The notes under the pieces are model-generated. The model was not told the origin of the DNA, ran no database searches, and worked only from the letters and a program-made list of their open reading frames with translations. Shown one piece after another: positions 11,482 to 25,168 of a stretch of DNA of 64,000 nucleotides. The DNA lies in NCBI RefSeq assembly GCF_030384885.1, contig NZ_CP128613.1; one strand, 5' to 3'. The stretch's first letter is position 1, and each line of letters starts with the position of its first letter. Source of the DNA: Escherichia coli (lineage in GTDB: Bacteria > Pseudomonadota > Gammaproteobacteria > Enterobacterales > Enterobacteriaceae). The position numbers and the translations under genes are program-made.

Positions 11482-11904
11482 ATGAAGCGTTACACACCTG
11501 ACTTTCCTGAAATGATGCGCCTGTGCGAGATGAACTTTTCACAATTGCGGCGTTTGTTACCGCGCAATGACGCACCCGGCGAAACTATAAGCTATCAGGT
11601 GGCAAACGCACAATATCGGCTAACGATTGTGGAATCGACCCGATACACTACCCTGGTGACAATCGAACAGACTGCGCCCGCGATCAGTTACTGGAGCCTT
11701 CCGTCAATGACGGTGCGTCTGTATCATGACGCGATGGTGGCTGAAGTGTGTTCAAGTCAGCAGATTTTTCGCTTCAAAGCGCGGTATGATTATCCTAATA
11801 AAAAGTTGCATCAACGCGACGAAAAGCATCAAATTAACCAGTTTTTAGCGGACTGGTTGCGATACTGTTTAGCACATGGAGCGATGGCGATTCCGGTTTA
11901 TTAG
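11482..11904 (+). CDS. yqiB: DUF1249 protein YqiB
   Basis: 140 aa; synteny in the nudF-yqiB-cpdA-yqiA-parE operon. Confidence 0.88.
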   Translation: MKRYTPDFPEMMRLCEMNFSQLRRLLPRNDAPGETISYQVANAQYRLTIVESTRYTTLVTIEQTAPAISYWSLPSMTVRLYHDAMVAEVCSSQQIFRFKARYDYPNKKLHQRDEKHQINQFLADWLRYCLAHGAMAIPVY

Positions 11905-11928
11905 CGTCGTGAAACCTAAGGACACCAT

Positions 11929-12756
11929 TTGGAAAGCCTGTTAACCCTTCCTCTGGCTGGTGAGGCCAGAGTCAGGATTTTACAAATTACCGACACTCAC
12001 CTGTTTGCGCAAAAGCACGAAGCCCTGTTGGGGGTAAATACCTGGGAAAGCTACCAGGCGGTGCTGGAGGCGATTCGTCCACACCAGCACGAATTCGACC
12101 TGATTGTCGCGACCGGTGATTTAGCGCAGGATCAATCCTCTGCGGCCTATCAGCATTTCGCTGAAGGCATCGCAAGTTTTCGTGCGCCCTGCGTCTGGCT
12201 GCCGGGCAACCACGATTTTCAGCCTGCGATGTACAGCGCGCTACAGGATGCGGGGATCTCCCCGGCGAAGCGGGTGTTTATTGGTGAGCAATGGCAAATC
12301 CTGTTGCTGGATAGCCAGGTCTTTGGCGTGCCGCACGGTGAGCTGAGCGAGTTTCAGCTTGAGTGGCTGGAACGTAAACTGGCCGATGCGCCAGAACGCC
12401 ATACGTTGCTGCTGCTGCACCATCATCCGCTACCTGCTGGTTGTAGCTGGCTCGACCAACACAGTCTGCGTAACGCGGGCGAACTGGATAACGTGCTGGC
12501 GAAGTTTCCGAACGTTAAATACTTGCTATGTGGACATATCCATCAGGAGCTGGATCTCGACTGGAATGGTCGCCGCCTGCTGGCAACGCCATCGACCTGT
12601 GTACAGTTTAAGCCGCATTGTTCCAACTTTACGCTGGACACCATCGCGCCTGGTTGGCGTACGCTCGAGTTACATGCTGATGGTACCCTGACCACCGAGG
12701 TGCACCGCCTGGCGGACACACGTTTCCAACCTGATACCGCTTCAGAAGGCTACTGA
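11929..12756 (+). CDS. cpdA: cAMP phosphodiesterase CpdA
   Basis: 275 aa; calcineurin-like metallophosphoesterase motifs (GDL, GNHD). Confidence 0.93.
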   Translation: MESLLTLPLAGEARVRILQITDTHLFAQKHEALLGVNTWESYQAVLEAIRPHQHEFDLIVATGDLAQDQSSAAYQHFAEGIASFRAPCVWLPGNHDFQPAMYSALQDAGISPAKRVFIGEQWQILLLDSQVFGVPHGELSEFQLEWLERKLADAPERHTLLLLHHHPLPAGCSWLDQHSLRNAGELDNVLAKFPNVKYLLCGHIHQELDLDWNGRRLLATPSTCVQFKPHCSNFTLDTIAPGWRTLELHADGTLTTEVHRLADTRFQPDTASEGY

Positions 12757-13337
12757 TGTCTACGCTTCTTTATTTACACGGTTTCAACAGTTCGCCGCGC
12801 TCTGCAAAAGCGAGTTTGTTGAAAAACTGGCTGGCGGAACATCACCCTGACGTTGAGATGATCATTCCGCAGTTACCGCCGTACCCTTCCGATGCGGCAG
12901 AACTGCTGGAATCCATTGTCCTGGAACATGGCGGCGATTCACTGGGGATCGTCGGTTCATCACTGGGGGGATATTACGCCACCTGGTTGTCGCAATGTTT
13001 TATGCTGCCCGCCGTGGTGGTAAACCCAGCGGTGCGCCCGTTTGAACTGCTGACGGACTATCTCGGTCAGAACGAGAACCCCTACACCGGGCAGCAATAT
13101 GTGCTAGAGTCACGCCATATTTACGATCTCAAAGTCATGCAGATTGACCCGCTGGAAGCGCCGGATTTGATCTGGCTGCTGCAACAGACGGGAGATGAAG
13201 TGCTGGATTACCGCCAGGCGGTGGCGTACTACGCTTCCTGCCGCCAGACTGTTATAGAAGGCGGCAACCATGCATTCACAGGCTTCGAAGATTATTTCAA
13301 CCCGATCGTCGATTTTCTTGGTCTGCACCATCTCTGA
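12756..13337 (+). CDS. yqiA: Esterase YqiA (alpha/beta hydrolase)
   Basis: 193 aa with a GSSLGG nucleophile elbow; start overlaps the cpdA stop. Confidence 0.9.
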   Translation: MSTLLYLHGFNSSPRSAKASLLKNWLAEHHPDVEMIIPQLPPYPSDAAELLESIVLEHGGDSLGIVGSSLGGYYATWLSQCFMLPAVVVNPAVRPFELLTDYLGQNENPYTGQQYVLESRHIYDLKVMQIDPLEAPDLIWLLQQTGDEVLDYRQAVAYYASCRQTVIEGGNHAFTGFEDYFNPIVDFLGLHHL

Positions 13338-13362
13338 CGATCAACTCGAATTGCTAACTTAA

Positions 13363-15258
<1,896 letters not shown>

Positions 15259-15305
15259 AGGAAAGAACATTGCCCGGTCAGGATGGCCGGGCAAACAAGG
15301 CAGGA

Positions 15306-15620
15306 TTAAATCCCTGGCTGCAGAATACGAATATTCATCTCCAGCACGTCGCCTTTTACGGCTTCGCTGTACGCCTTCATGTGCGGGGTTTGCAGGTGCG
15401 CTTCAAGGTGCGCGATGCTTTCCCACTGCTCAATCATCACGATAGAATCCGGTGCCATAGACTGGAAACTCACGCCAGCAGCGCAATCCACCATTGGCGC
15501 ATAGCCGTGGCAACCTTCTTCTTTCAGTACGGTTGGAACGATTTTAGCAAACTGATCCAACACTGCCTGACGGTGATGTTGACCAGGACGAGTACGGATT
15601 TCTGCGATTACTGTAATCAT
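15306..15620 (-). CDS. ygiN: Quinol monooxygenase YgiN (ABM domain)
   Basis: 104 aa; synteny with mdaB. Confidence 0.9.
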   Translation of the reverse strand: MITVIAEIRTRPGQHHRQAVLDQFAKIVPTVLKEEGCHGYAPMVDCAAGVSFQSMAPDSIVMIEQWESIAHLEAHLQTPHMKAYSEAVKGDVLEMNIRILQPGI

Positions 15621-15650
15621 GGTTAACTCCTTCTAAAGCCAGAGCTCTAG

Positions 15651-16232
15651 TTAACCAAAAATTTCCACAAGATGCTTGCGATATTCTTCAGTATAGCGGG
15701 GAACATCAGGCATTTTTATCACGTCATTAGCGATAAATGTCGGCAGCGGCTCCATACCAAGGAATTGGTTTGCTTTATGGAATGGTAGATACACACCGTC
15801 AACGCCAACCCCGTGGAAGAACTGATCTTTTTCGGTGAAAGCTTCCATTGGTGCGTTCCAGGTCAGTGAAAGCATATATTTTTTGCCCTGTACCAGGCCG
15901 CCGGAACCGTATTTTTTTGATGGATCTTTGCGGGTACGACCATCGCTGGCATACAGAGTCCCGTGACCTTCGGTGAATACATCATCAATATATTTTTTCA
16001 CTGTCCACGGCGCGCCCATCCACCAGCCTGGCATCTGCCAGATCACCACATCAGCCCAGAGAAAGTTTTGTACTTCCGCTTTGACATCGTAGTCGCTGTC
16101 GGCGCGAACGATGCGGACATCATGCCCGAGGTCGCGCAGTGTGCCATCCGCGACTTCGGTCAGGGTGTCGTTCAGTTGACCATTGGAGTGGGCGAATTTT
16201 TTCGCGCCGTTGATAATCAGGATGTTGCTCAT
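15651..16232 (-). CDS. mdaB: NADPH:quinone oxidoreductase MdaB
   Basis: 193 aa, MSNILIINGAKKFAHSNGQLN...; flavodoxin-like fold family. Confidence 0.93.
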   Translation of the reverse strand: MSNILIINGAKKFAHSNGQLNDTLTEVADGTLRDLGHDVRIVRADSDYDVKAEVQNFLWADVVIWQMPGWWMGAPWTVKKYIDDVFTEGHGTLYASDGRTRKDPSKKYGSGGLVQGKKYMLSLTWNAPMEAFTEKDQFFHGVGVDGVYLPFHKANQFLGMEPLPTFIANDVIKMPDVPRYTEEYRKHLVEIFG

Positions 16233-16548
16233 TTTTTAACCTCAAGGTGAGACGTTTGCCGACTATAGTACGTCACAGAGCGGTACGGTGAAATTAGCAA
16301 AATGTGCAAAGTCTTTTGCGAATTTAGCAAAAGTCTGATCTTGCTCCGATTCACCGATGCAGGATAAATATTTTCTGAAAATGACAATACTGATAGCCAT
16401 TCCTCATAATTCCTACTCGCACCGGATTAATTTACAGGTTTGGTTCGGTTTTTTGGGGATTAAAAATATGGCGTTGGATAAGTAAAAATGAAAATATCAA
16501 CGCGTCACGTTGATAATTATAAATGGATTTTTATGAGCGTGCTAACAT

Positions 16549-16881
16549 ATGTTAAAGCATAAAATTCAAACAATATTTGAAGCTCTGTTATATATAATGC
16601 TTACTTATTGGTTAATAGATGCTTTTTTTGCATTCAATAAGTATGACTGGATGCTTGAGTCGGGAGACAATATTTGCAGTACACCTTCCGTTTCAGGCGA
16701 AGATCGTATATTGCAAACAATGATTGCAGCATTTTTTCTTCTGACGCCACTTATTATTATTATCTTAAGAAAACTCTTTGTGCGAGAAATGTTTGAGTTT
16801 TGGTTATATGTAATCTCGCTCGTTATTTGTTTGGTTTGTGGTTGGTGGCTTTTTTGGGGACGGTTTATATTTTGCTATTAA
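16549..16881 (+). CDS. ygiZ: Inner membrane protein YgiZ
   Basis: 110 aa, hydrophobic, AT-rich gene between mdaB and qseC. Confidence 0.8.
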   Translation: MLKHKIQTIFEALLYIMLTYWLIDAFFAFNKYDWMLESGDNICSTPSVSGEDRILQTMIAAFFLLTPLIIIILRKLFVREMFEFWLYVISLVICLVCGWWLFWGRFIFCY

Positions 16882-16926
16882 TAAAATCTATGAGAGTCGT
16901 TTTAACGGCTCTCATAGACAGAGAAG

Positions 16927-18276
16927 TTACCAGCTTACTTTCGCCTCAAATCCACCTTGTTCCGCATTCCCAAACTCAACATTCATGCCATGCAGCTTGG
17001 CGATTCGCTGGACAATTGAAAGCCCAAGTCCACTGCCGGTAGCGGTTTGTCCGGGTGGGCGATAGAAGCGTTCGCCAATTCTCGCCAGTGCCTCTGGTGT
17101 CACTCCGGGGCCGTTATCCCTCACGATGAAATTATCGGCATTCAGCGTGACGTCCACCACGCTACCTTGTGGACTGTAGCGCACGGCGTTATCCAGCAAA
17201 TTTCGCACCAACAAACTTAGCAATAGCGGTTGTCCGGTGCGTTTGATGCCGTGGGCATTGAGTGTCAGTCGCACGTCAATTTTCGCCTGCTGCGCCGTGT
17301 GGTAAATATCCATCACCGACGATTGCAGGAGATCTTCAAGCGGGATCTCCGCGACGTCCTGAAGGTTATCCAGTGAGTCCAGCCGCGATAGCGTGAGCAG
17401 TTGATCAACCAGACGAGTAGCACGATCGATTCCGGAATGTAATTGAAGCAGCGCTTTTTTCCGCGCCTGCGGATCATCGTCAGAGAGCTGCGCAACTTCG
17501 GTTTGCACTTTCAGCGCCGTTAACGGGCTACGAAGTTCGTGAGCTGCGTCGGAGGTAAAGCGTCGTTCACGAACCATCATCGCATGTGTGCGGGCGAACA
17601 GTTGATTCAACGACTCAACCAGTGGACGCACTTCGCTGGGTACGCCCGTCGCGTTTAGTGGTTTTTCCGAGTCAGGGTCACGCATACGTAGTGCCAGCGC
17701 CAGTTTGTTCAGCGGCGCGAGTTCACGACCCAGTAGTACCATCATGATGATTAACATAATCGGCAGTGCGACAAGCCACGGGATCAATTGCCCGGCAACA
17801 ATCGCCAGCGCCATGTCTTCACGGTATTCCCATTCCTGACCAACAACGATGCGATATTTGCCATCTGGTGAGGTCATCCAGACAAAACGCCAGGGATCGT
17901 CTTCACCGACCAGTTGCCCGTCAGCAAAACCTTCCCGCTGATAGCTATAAGGAATATCTTCTCCGTTATCGCCATCGTTAAGGACCATTCTGCCGTCGTG
18001 GGTAAAGATGGCAAAGGTCAGCGCATCGTCATCAACATGACCGTGTTTTAATTTATTTGGCGTCTGTGCCATGCGATCCGCCGCGTTGATTTCGTTGAGA
18101 TCCAGCGTACTTAACCGTTTGGCAAACAGCATCAGTTGGGTGTCGAACAACTCATCGACGTTATCCGTTGTTTGTTTCCAGGCGACAAAGCTGGAAAGCA
18201 GCCAGGTCACCGAGGCCAGAATTAAAAAGATTAGCGTCAGCCTGACTCGCAGACTAAGACGTTGGGTAAATTTCAT
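16927..18276 (-). CDS. qseC: Sensor histidine kinase QseC
   Basis: 449 aa; HAMP domain, H-box (AAHELRSPL) and HATPase domain; overlaps the qseB stop. Confidence 0.94.
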   Translation of the reverse strand: MKFTQRLSLRVRLTLIFLILASVTWLLSSFVAWKQTTDNVDELFDTQLMLFAKRLSTLDLNEINAADRMAQTPNKLKHGHVDDDALTFAIFTHDGRMVLNDGDNGEDIPYSYQREGFADGQLVGEDDPWRFVWMTSPDGKYRIVVGQEWEYREDMALAIVAGQLIPWLVALPIMLIIMMVLLGRELAPLNKLALALRMRDPDSEKPLNATGVPSEVRPLVESLNQLFARTHAMMVRERRFTSDAAHELRSPLTALKVQTEVAQLSDDDPQARKKALLQLHSGIDRATRLVDQLLTLSRLDSLDNLQDVAEIPLEDLLQSSVMDIYHTAQQAKIDVRLTLNAHGIKRTGQPLLLSLLVRNLLDNAVRYSPQGSVVDVTLNADNFIVRDNGPGVTPEALARIGERFYRPPGQTATGSGLGLSIVQRIAKLHGMNVEFGNAEQGGFEAKVSW

Positions 18277-18932
18277 TTCTCACCTAATGTGTAGCCAATA
18301 CCATGCACGGTACGAATAAAATCACTACCGAGTTTGCGTCGCAGATGATGCACATGCACTTCAACGGCATTACTGGTGACCTCTTCGTCCCAGGTATACA
18401 GTTTCTCTTCAATCAGTTTGCGCGGCAGTACCCGACCAGCGTTACGCATCAGTAATTCCAGCAGGGCAAATTCTTTTGGTTTCAGCGTTAAGGGTTCGCC
18501 AGCCAGCGTGGCGATACGTTTGCCGGGGTCGAGCATGACGTTGCCGTGGCGCAGCTCGTTGCTGGCCTGGCCGTTGGTTCGGCGCATCAGAGCTTCCAGC
18601 CTGGCGGCGACTTCTATCAACGCAAAAGGTTTACACAGATAATCGTCAGCTCCCAGACGCAGCCCTTCTACACGTTCCGCCAGCGCATCGCGCGCAGTCA
18701 GGATTAATACCGGCTCACGCTGACCTTTTTCTCGCCATTCGCGCAAAATATCGCGACCATCCATGCCCGGTAAGGTTAAATCCAGGATCACCGCATCATA
18801 AGGTGCGCTATATAGCGCCTCTTTTCCCTGACGACCTTGTGTAAACCAGTCGACGCTAAAACCCATTTTACTAAGGCCCGTTTTGATGCCGTCGCCAATC
18901 AGCATGTCATCTTCTATCAGTAAAATTCGCAT
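18273..18932 (-). CDS. qseB: Response regulator QseB (OmpR family)
   Basis: 219 aa, MRILLIEDD... receiver domain plus winged-helix domain. Confidence 0.94.
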   Translation of the reverse strand: MRILLIEDDMLIGDGIKTGLSKMGFSVDWFTQGRQGKEALYSAPYDAVILDLTLPGMDGRDILREWREKGQREPVLILTARDALAERVEGLRLGADDYLCKPFALIEVAARLEALMRRTNGQASNELRHGNVMLDPGKRIATLAGEPLTLKPKEFALLELLMRNAGRVLPRKLIEEKLYTWDEEVTSNAVEVHVHHLRRKLGSDFIRTVHGIGYTLGEK

Positions 18933-19083
18933 TTTTTCATCCCTGCGATAACCATATTTGCTGCCAGTAAACCGTGTTGTAACGCGCTCTGTACAGCACT
19001 AAATTTTATTTTTTTCCCTTAAGAAGTTGTTAAGGACTATCTTGTTAAATGCTCGAAAACAGACATTAAAGGGAGTAATAAAC

Positions 19084-19476
19084 ATGAAAAAATTCGCAGC
19101 AGTAATCGCAGTAATGGCCCTGTGCAGTGCACCGGTGATGGCAGCAGAGCAGGGCGGTTTTTCTGGTCCATCGGCAACACAAAGTCAGGCCGGAGGATTC
19201 CAGGGGCCGAATGGCAGCGTAACGACCGTAGAAAGCGCGAAATCCCTGCGTGATGACACTTGGGTCACCCTGCGCGGCAATATCGTTGAACGTATCTCTG
19301 ACGATCTCTACGTGTTCAAAGATGCCAGCGGTACTATCAATGTTGATATCGACCACAAACGCTGGAACGGCGTGACGGTGACCCCGAAAGATACCGTTGA
19401 GATTCAGGGTGAAGTCGATAAAGACTGGAACTCTGTTGAAATTGACGTCAAACAGATCCGCAAAGTAAATCCGTAA
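19084..19476 (+). CDS. ygiW: Periplasmic OB-fold (BOF) stress protein YgiW
   Basis: 130 aa from the internal Met (MKKFAAVIAVMALCSAPVMA signal peptide); divergent from qseBC. Confidence 0.9.
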   Translation: MKKFAAVIAVMALCSAPVMAAEQGGFSGPSATQSQAGGFQGPNGSVTTVESAKSLRDDTWVTLRGNIVERISDDLYVFKDASGTINVDIDHKRWNGVTVTPKDTVEIQGEVDKDWNSVEIDVKQIRKVNP

Positions 19477-19477
19477 T

Positions 19478-19512
19478 TGTTAGCGCTCCCGGGACACGTT
19501 CCCGGGAATAAT
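19478..19512 (+). terminator. Hairpin terminator downstream of ygiW
   Basis: tcccgggacacgttcccggga palindrome followed by an A/T-rich tract. Coordinates by eye. Confidence 0.45.
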
Positions 19513-19528
19513 TTCGCAGGGAGGCAAA

Positions 19529-20011
19529 ATGAAAGACCTGACACTGGATGTAAATATTATCGATTTCCCATCAATCCCTGTGGCGATGTTGCCACATCGC
19601 TGTAGCCCTGAATTGCTCAACTACAGCGTGGCGAAATTTATCATGTGGCGTAAAGAAACGGGGCTTTCTCCTGTTAACCAAAGCCAGACTTTTGGTGTCG
19701 CCTGGGACGACCCTGCCACCACCGTACCGGAAGCGTTTCGCTTTGATATCTGCGGCAGCGTTAACGAACCGATTCCCGATAATCGTTATGGCGTGAGTAA
19801 TGGTGAACTTACCGGTGGACGTTATGCCGTGGCCCGCCACGTTGGCGAGCTGGACGATATTTCACATACGGTATGGGGCATCATTCGCCACTGGCTGCCT
19901 GCAAGCGGCGAGAAAATGCGTAAAGCACCGATTCTGTTTCACTACACCAATCTTGCCGAAGGGGTAACAGAGCAGCGACTGGAAACGGATGTTTATGTGC
20001 CGTTGGCGTGA
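19529..20011 (+). CDS. ygiV: GyrI-like effector-binding domain regulator YgiV
   Basis: 160 aa; good RBS (gggagg); synteny. Confidence 0.88.
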   Translation: MKDLTLDVNIIDFPSIPVAMLPHRCSPELLNYSVAKFIMWRKETGLSPVNQSQTFGVAWDDPATTVPEAFRFDICGSVNEPIPDNRYGVSNGELTGGRYAVARHVGELDDISHTVWGIIRHWLPASGEKMRKAPILFHYTNLAEGVTEQRLETDVYVPLA

Positions 20012-20119
20012 TGAAGAATCTTTACCGGAGTGTGAGCCAAATCACTCGCGATAAGTTTGAGCGAACAATGCCACAGGCGTATTGTTGTTGGGCTTATAAT
20101 TTCTCCGGTAAGGAATACC

Positions 20120-21727
20120 ATGTATACGCGAAATTTATTATGGCTGGTCAGCCTGGTAAGTGCGGCTCCTCTCTACGCTGCTGACGTTCCCGCCAACACA
20201 CCGCTCGCCCCGCAACAAGTCTTTCGTTACAACAATCATAGCGACCCAGGTACGCTCGACCCGCAAAAGGTGGAGGAGAATACTGCCGCGCAGATTGTGC
20301 TGGATCTGTTTGAAGGTCTGGTATGGATGGACGGTGAAGGCCAGGTGCAGCCCGCTCAGGCTGAACGCTGGGAGATACTGGACGGCGGCAAGCGCTATAT
20401 TTTTCATCTGCGTAGCGGTTTGCAGTGGTCAGACGGTCAGCCTCTGACGGCAGAGGATTTTGTCCTCGGCTGGCAGCGCGCGGTTGACCCGAAAATGGCA
20501 AGCCCTTTTGCTGGCTATCTGGCACAGGCGCACATTAACAATGCCGCGGCTATTGTTGCGGGTAAAGCAGATGTTACATCGCTGGGTGTCAAAGCGATGG
20601 ATGATCGTACTATTGAAGTTACGCTTGAGCAGCCGGTTCCTTGGTTCACGACGATGCTCGCCTGGCCGACGCTGTTCCCGGTTCCCCATCATGTAATCGC
20701 GAAATATGGCGATAGCTGGAGTAAGCCTGCGCATATGGTTTACAACGGTGCCTTTGTGCTTGATAAATGGGTAGTTAACGAAAAGATTACTGCACGCAAA
20801 AATCCAAAGTACCGCGATGCGCAACATACGGTATTGCAACAGGTTGAGTATCTGGCGCTGGATAATTCGGTCACCGGCTATAACCGCTATCGCGCGGGAG
20901 AGGTCGATCTCACCTGGGTTCCGGCGCAGCAAATTCCTGCCATTGAAAAATCACTGCCTGGCGAGCTACGAATTATCCCGCGTCTGAACAGCGAATATTA
21001 CAACTTTAACCTTGAGAAACCGCCATTTAACGATGTGCGGGTGCGTCGGGCGCTATATCTTACGGTTGATCGACAGCTTATTGCGCAAAAGGTACTGGGG
21101 TTGAGAACGCCCGCAACCACGCTGACGCCGCCAGAGGTAAAAGGCTTTAGCGCGACGACGTTCGATGAACTGCAAAAGCCAATGAGTGAGCGTGTCGCGA
21201 TGGCAAAAGCCTTGCTGAAACAGGCGGGATACGACGCCTCTCATCCGCTACGCTTTGAGCTGTTCTACAACAAGTACGATCTGCATGAAAAAACCGCGAT
21301 AGCGTTGTCTTCCGAATGGAAAAAATGGCTGGGTGCACAGGTGACGCTGCGCACAATGGAGTGGAAAACCTATCTTGATGCCCGACGAACCGGTGATTTC
21401 ATGCTGTCTCGGCAGTCGTGGGATGCGACGTACAATGATGCTTCCAGCTTTCTGAACACGCTCAAAAGCGATAGTGAAGAAAACGTCGGTCACTGGAAAA
21501 ATGCGCAGTATGACGCCTTACTAAACCAGGCCACGCAGATCACTAATGCGACAAAGCGTAATGCGTTGTATCAGCAGGCAGAAGTGATCATCAACCAGCA
21601 GGCACCGCTGATTCCTATCTACTATCAGCCGTTAATCAAACTGCTTAAACCCTACGTTGGCGGTTTTCCGCTGCATAATCCGCAGGATTATGTCTACAGC
21701 AAAGAGTTGTATATCAAGGCACATTGA
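20120..21727 (+). CDS. ygiS: Periplasmic solute-binding protein YgiS (SBP family 5, oligopeptide-type)
   Basis: 535 aa from the internal Met (MYTRNLLWLVSLVSAAPLYA signal peptide). Only about 108 bp separate it from ygiV. Confidence 0.9.
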   Translation: MYTRNLLWLVSLVSAAPLYAADVPANTPLAPQQVFRYNNHSDPGTLDPQKVEENTAAQIVLDLFEGLVWMDGEGQVQPAQAERWEILDGGKRYIFHLRSGLQWSDGQPLTAEDFVLGWQRAVDPKMASPFAGYLAQAHINNAAAIVAGKADVTSLGVKAMDDRTIEVTLEQPVPWFTTMLAWPTLFPVPHHVIAKYGDSWSKPAHMVYNGAFVLDKWVVNEKITARKNPKYRDAQHTVLQQVEYLALDNSVTGYNRYRAGEVDLTWVPAQQIPAIEKSLPGELRIIPRLNSEYYNFNLEKPPFNDVRVRRALYLTVDRQLIAQKVLGLRTPATTLTPPEVKGFSATTFDELQKPMSERVAMAKALLKQAGYDASHPLRFELFYNKYDLHEKTAIALSSEWKKWLGAQVTLRTMEWKTYLDARRTGDFMLSRQSWDATYNDASSFLNTLKSDSEENVGHWKNAQYDALLNQATQITNATKRNALYQQAEVIINQQAPLIPIYYQPLIKLLKPYVGGFPLHNPQDYVYSKELYIKAH

Positions 21728-21864
21728 TGCCTTTATCGCCGTCGGAGCACGTCCGGCGGCGCTATTCACGCTGATCTCCTGTGACTCGACGCGGCAGATA
21801 ATGTAGTATCTCCGGCAATATTGCCCCTTTGAAGGCTGGCGAATAAGTTGAGGAATCAGAATTA

Positions 21865-24123
21865 ATGAGCGATATGGCAGAGCGCCTTGCGCTACATGAA
21901 TTTACGGAAAACGCCTACTTAAACTACTCCATGTACGTAATCATGGACCGTGCGTTGCCGTTTATTGGTGATGGTCTGAAACCTGTTCAGCGCCGCATTG
22001 TGTATGCGATGTCTGAACTGGGACTAAATGCCAGCGCCAAATTTAAAAAATCGGCCCGTACCGTCGGTGACGTACTGGGTAAATACCATCCGCACGGTGA
22101 TAGCGCCTGTTATGAAGCGATGGTCCTGATGGCACAGCCGTTCTCTTACCGTTATCCGCTGGTTGATGGTCAGGGGAACTGGGGCGCACCGGACGATCCG
22201 AAATCGTTCGCGGCGATGCGTTACACCGAATCCCGGTTGTCGAAATATTCCGAGCTGCTATTGAGCGAGCTGGGGCAGGGTACGGCTGACTGGGTGCCAA
22301 ACTTCGACGGTACTTTGCAGGAGCCGAAAATGCTACCTGCCCGTTTGCCGAACATTTTGCTTAACGGCACCACCGGTATTGCCGTCGGTATGGCGACCGA
22401 TATTCCACCGCATAACCTGCGTGAAGTGGCTCAGGCAGCAATCGCGTTAATCGACCAGCCGAAAACCACGCTCGACCAGCTGCTGGATATCGTGCAGGGG
22501 CCGGATTATCCGACCGAAGCGGAAATCATCACCTCGCGTGCCGAGATCCGTAAAATCTACGAAAATGGTCGCGGTTCTGTGCGTATGCGCGCGGTGTGGA
22601 AGAAAGAAGACGGTGCGGTGGTTATCAGCGCATTGCCGCATCAGGTTTCTGGTGCGCGCGTACTGGAGCAAATTGCTGCGCAAATGCGCAACAAAAAGCT
22701 GCCGATGGTTGACGATCTGCGCGATGAGTCTGACCACGAGAACCCGACCCGTCTGGTGATTGTGCCGCGTTCCAACCGCGTGGATATGGATCAGGTGATG
22801 AATCACCTTTTCGCCACCACCGATCTGGAAAAGAGCTATCGTATTAACCTTAATATGATCGGTCTGGATGGCCGTCCGGCGGTGAAAAACCTGCTGGAAA
22901 TCCTCTCCGAATGGCTGGTGTTCCGCCGCGATACCGTACGCCGCCGACTGAACTATCGTCTGGAGAAAGTCCTCAAGCGCCTGCATATCCTCGAAGGTTT
23001 GCTGGTGGCGTTTCTCAATATCGACGAAGTGATTGAGATCATTCGCAATGAAGATGAACCGAAACCGGCGCTGATGTCGCGGTTTGGCCTCACGGAAACT
23101 CAGGCGGAAGCGATCCTCGAACTGAAACTGCGTCATCTCGCCAAACTGGAAGAGATGAAGATTCGCGGTGAGCAGAGTGAGCTGGAAAAAGAGCGCGACC
23201 AGTTGCAAGGCATTCTGGCGTCCGAGCGTAAAATGAATAACCTGCTGAAGAAAGAACTGCAGGCAGACGCGCAAGCCTATGGTGACGATCGTCGTTCGCC
23301 GTTGCAGGAACGCGAAGAAGCGAAAGCGATGAGCGAGCACGACATGCTGCCGTCGGAACCCGTCACCATTGTGCTGTCGCAGATGGGCTGGGTACGCAGC
23401 GCTAAAGGCCATGACATCGACGCGCCGGGCCTGAATTATAAAGCGGGTGATAGCTTCAAAGCGGCGGTGAAAGGCAAGAGTAACCAACCGGTAGTGTTTG
23501 TTGATTCCACCGGTCGTAGCTATGCCATCGACCCGATTACGCTGCCGTCGGCGCGTGGTCAGGGCGAACCGCTCACCGGCAAATTAACGTTGCCGCCTGG
23601 GGCGACCGTTGACCATATGCTGATGGAAAGCGACGATCAGAAACTGCTGATGGCTTCCGATGCGGGTTACGGTTTCGTCTGTACCTTTAACGATCTGGTG
23701 GCGCGTAACCGTGCCGGTAAGGCTTTGATCACCTTACCGGAAAATGCCCATGTTATGCCGCCGGTGGTGATTGAAGATGCTTCCGATATGCTGCTGGCAA
23801 TCACTCAGGCAGGCCGTATGTTGATGTTCCCGGTAAGCGATCTGCCGCAGCTGTCGAAGGGCAAAGGCAACAAGATTATCAACATTCCGTCGGCAGAAGC
23901 CGCGCGTGGCGAGGATGGTCTGGCGCAACTGTACGTTCTGCCGCCGCAAAGCACGCTGACCATTCATGTTGGGAAACGCAAAATTAAACTGCGTCCGGAA
24001 GAGCTACAGAAAGTCACTGGCGAACGTGGACGCCGCGGTACGTTGATGCGCGGTTTGCAGCGTATCGATCGAGTCGAGATCGACTCTCCTCGCCGCGCCA
24101 GCAGCGGCGATAGCGAAGAGTAG
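21865..24123 (+). CDS. parC: DNA topoisomerase IV subunit A ParC
   Basis: 752 aa; GyrA/ParC N-terminal domain motifs. Confidence 0.96.
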
Positions 24124-24124
24124 T

Positions 24125-24200
24125 ATGCCGGGGAGGGTATTGCTTCCTCCCGCTTGCAAGGAACGCCGGATGAAACGTTAAGTCGTCATCCGGCAGCATA
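24125..24200 (+). terminator. Tandem hairpins downstream of parC (putative terminator or REP-like)
   Basis: gggagg...cctccc and gccggatga...tcatccggc inverted repeats. Coordinates by eye. Confidence 0.35.
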
Positions 24201-24356
24201 TTCAACCCCCGGAAACGATAAAAATTCCCTTGAAACCGTTGTTTATTCATGCGTTGCGATTAACAATACGCTTTTCCAGAGAGCGGCTTTTAACAATGCC
24301 CTAACCTGATTTCAGGTGACGTACAATGCCAGTCTCTCAGACCTTCAGAGGGTGTT

Positions 24357-25094
24357 ATGCTATATATCTTTCGTCTTATTATTACCGTGATTTACAGCAT
24401 CTTAGTCTGTGTATTCGGCTCCATTTACTGCCTTTTCAGCCCGCGTAACCCGAAACATGTAGCCACCTTTGGGCATATGTTTGGTCGTCTTGCGCCGCTG
24501 TTCGGCCTGAAAGTTGAGTGTCGCAAACCTGCAGATGCTGAAAGCTACGGCAATGCTATTTATATTGCTAACCACCAGAACAACTATGACATGGTGACAG
24601 CATCGAACATCGTGCAACCGCCGACGGTGACGGTAGGTAAAAAGAGTTTGCTGTGGATCCCCTTCTTTGGTCAGTTGTACTGGCTAACCGGCAACTTATT
24701 GATCGACAGAAATAACCGCACTAAAGCTCACGGCACCATTGCAGAAGTAGTGAATCACTTCAAAAAACGCCGTATTTCCATCTGGATGTTCCCGGAAGGT
24801 ACCCGCAGCCGTGGTCGCGGCCTGCTGCCGTTCAAGACCGGAGCATTTCACGCGGCAATTGCGGCAGGCGTCCCGATTATTCCCGTGTGCGTCTCTACAA
24901 CTTCGAATAAGATTAATCTTAATCGACTGCACAATGGCTTGGTTATTGTCGAAATGCTGCCGCCAATTGACGTGAGTCAGTATGGTAAAGACCAGGTTCG
25001 CGAGTTGGCTGCCCATTGTCGTTCGATAATGGAACAAAAAATCGCTGAGCTCGATAAAGAAGTCGCAGAACGCGAAGCCGCCGGAAGAGTTTAA
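24357..25094 (+). CDS. plsC: 1-acyl-sn-glycerol-3-phosphate acyltransferase PlsC
   Basis: 245 aa; acyltransferase motifs NHQNNYD and FPEGTR. Confidence 0.95.
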   Translation: MLYIFRLIITVIYSILVCVFGSIYCLFSPRNPKHVATFGHMFGRLAPLFGLKVECRKPADAESYGNAIYIANHQNNYDMVTASNIVQPPTVTVGKKSLLWIPFFGQLYWLTGNLLIDRNNRTKAHGTIAEVVNHFKKRRISIWMFPEGTRSRGRGLLPFKTGAFHAAIAAGVPIIPVCVSTTSNKINLNRLHNGLVIVEMLPPIDVSQYGKDQVRELAAHCRSIMEQKIAELDKEVAEREAAGRV

Positions 25095-25168
25095 GTCGGC
25101 AATCTGTATTTTTGCGGGGAACACTTTCCTGCACGGTATTACTTTAGCCAGTTTTACATGGAGCAAAT

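Noticed and set aside
16800-17065. Two 75-80-aa ORFs downstream of ygiZ overlapping the qseC 3' end
   Set aside because: They overlap the ygiZ and qseC coding regions in alternative frames with no RBS; likely spurious.
20012-20119. Possibility that mqsR and mqsA are present but missed as small ORFs
   Set aside because: The ygiV-ygiS gap is only about 108 bp, too short for the roughly 700 bp needed; absence is the simpler reading.
22447-23487. 346-aa ORF antisense to parC
   Set aside because: Lies entirely inside a highly conserved essential gene on the opposite strand; Arg/His-rich, low-complexity translation typical of antisense frames in GC-rich coding DNA; no RBS context.
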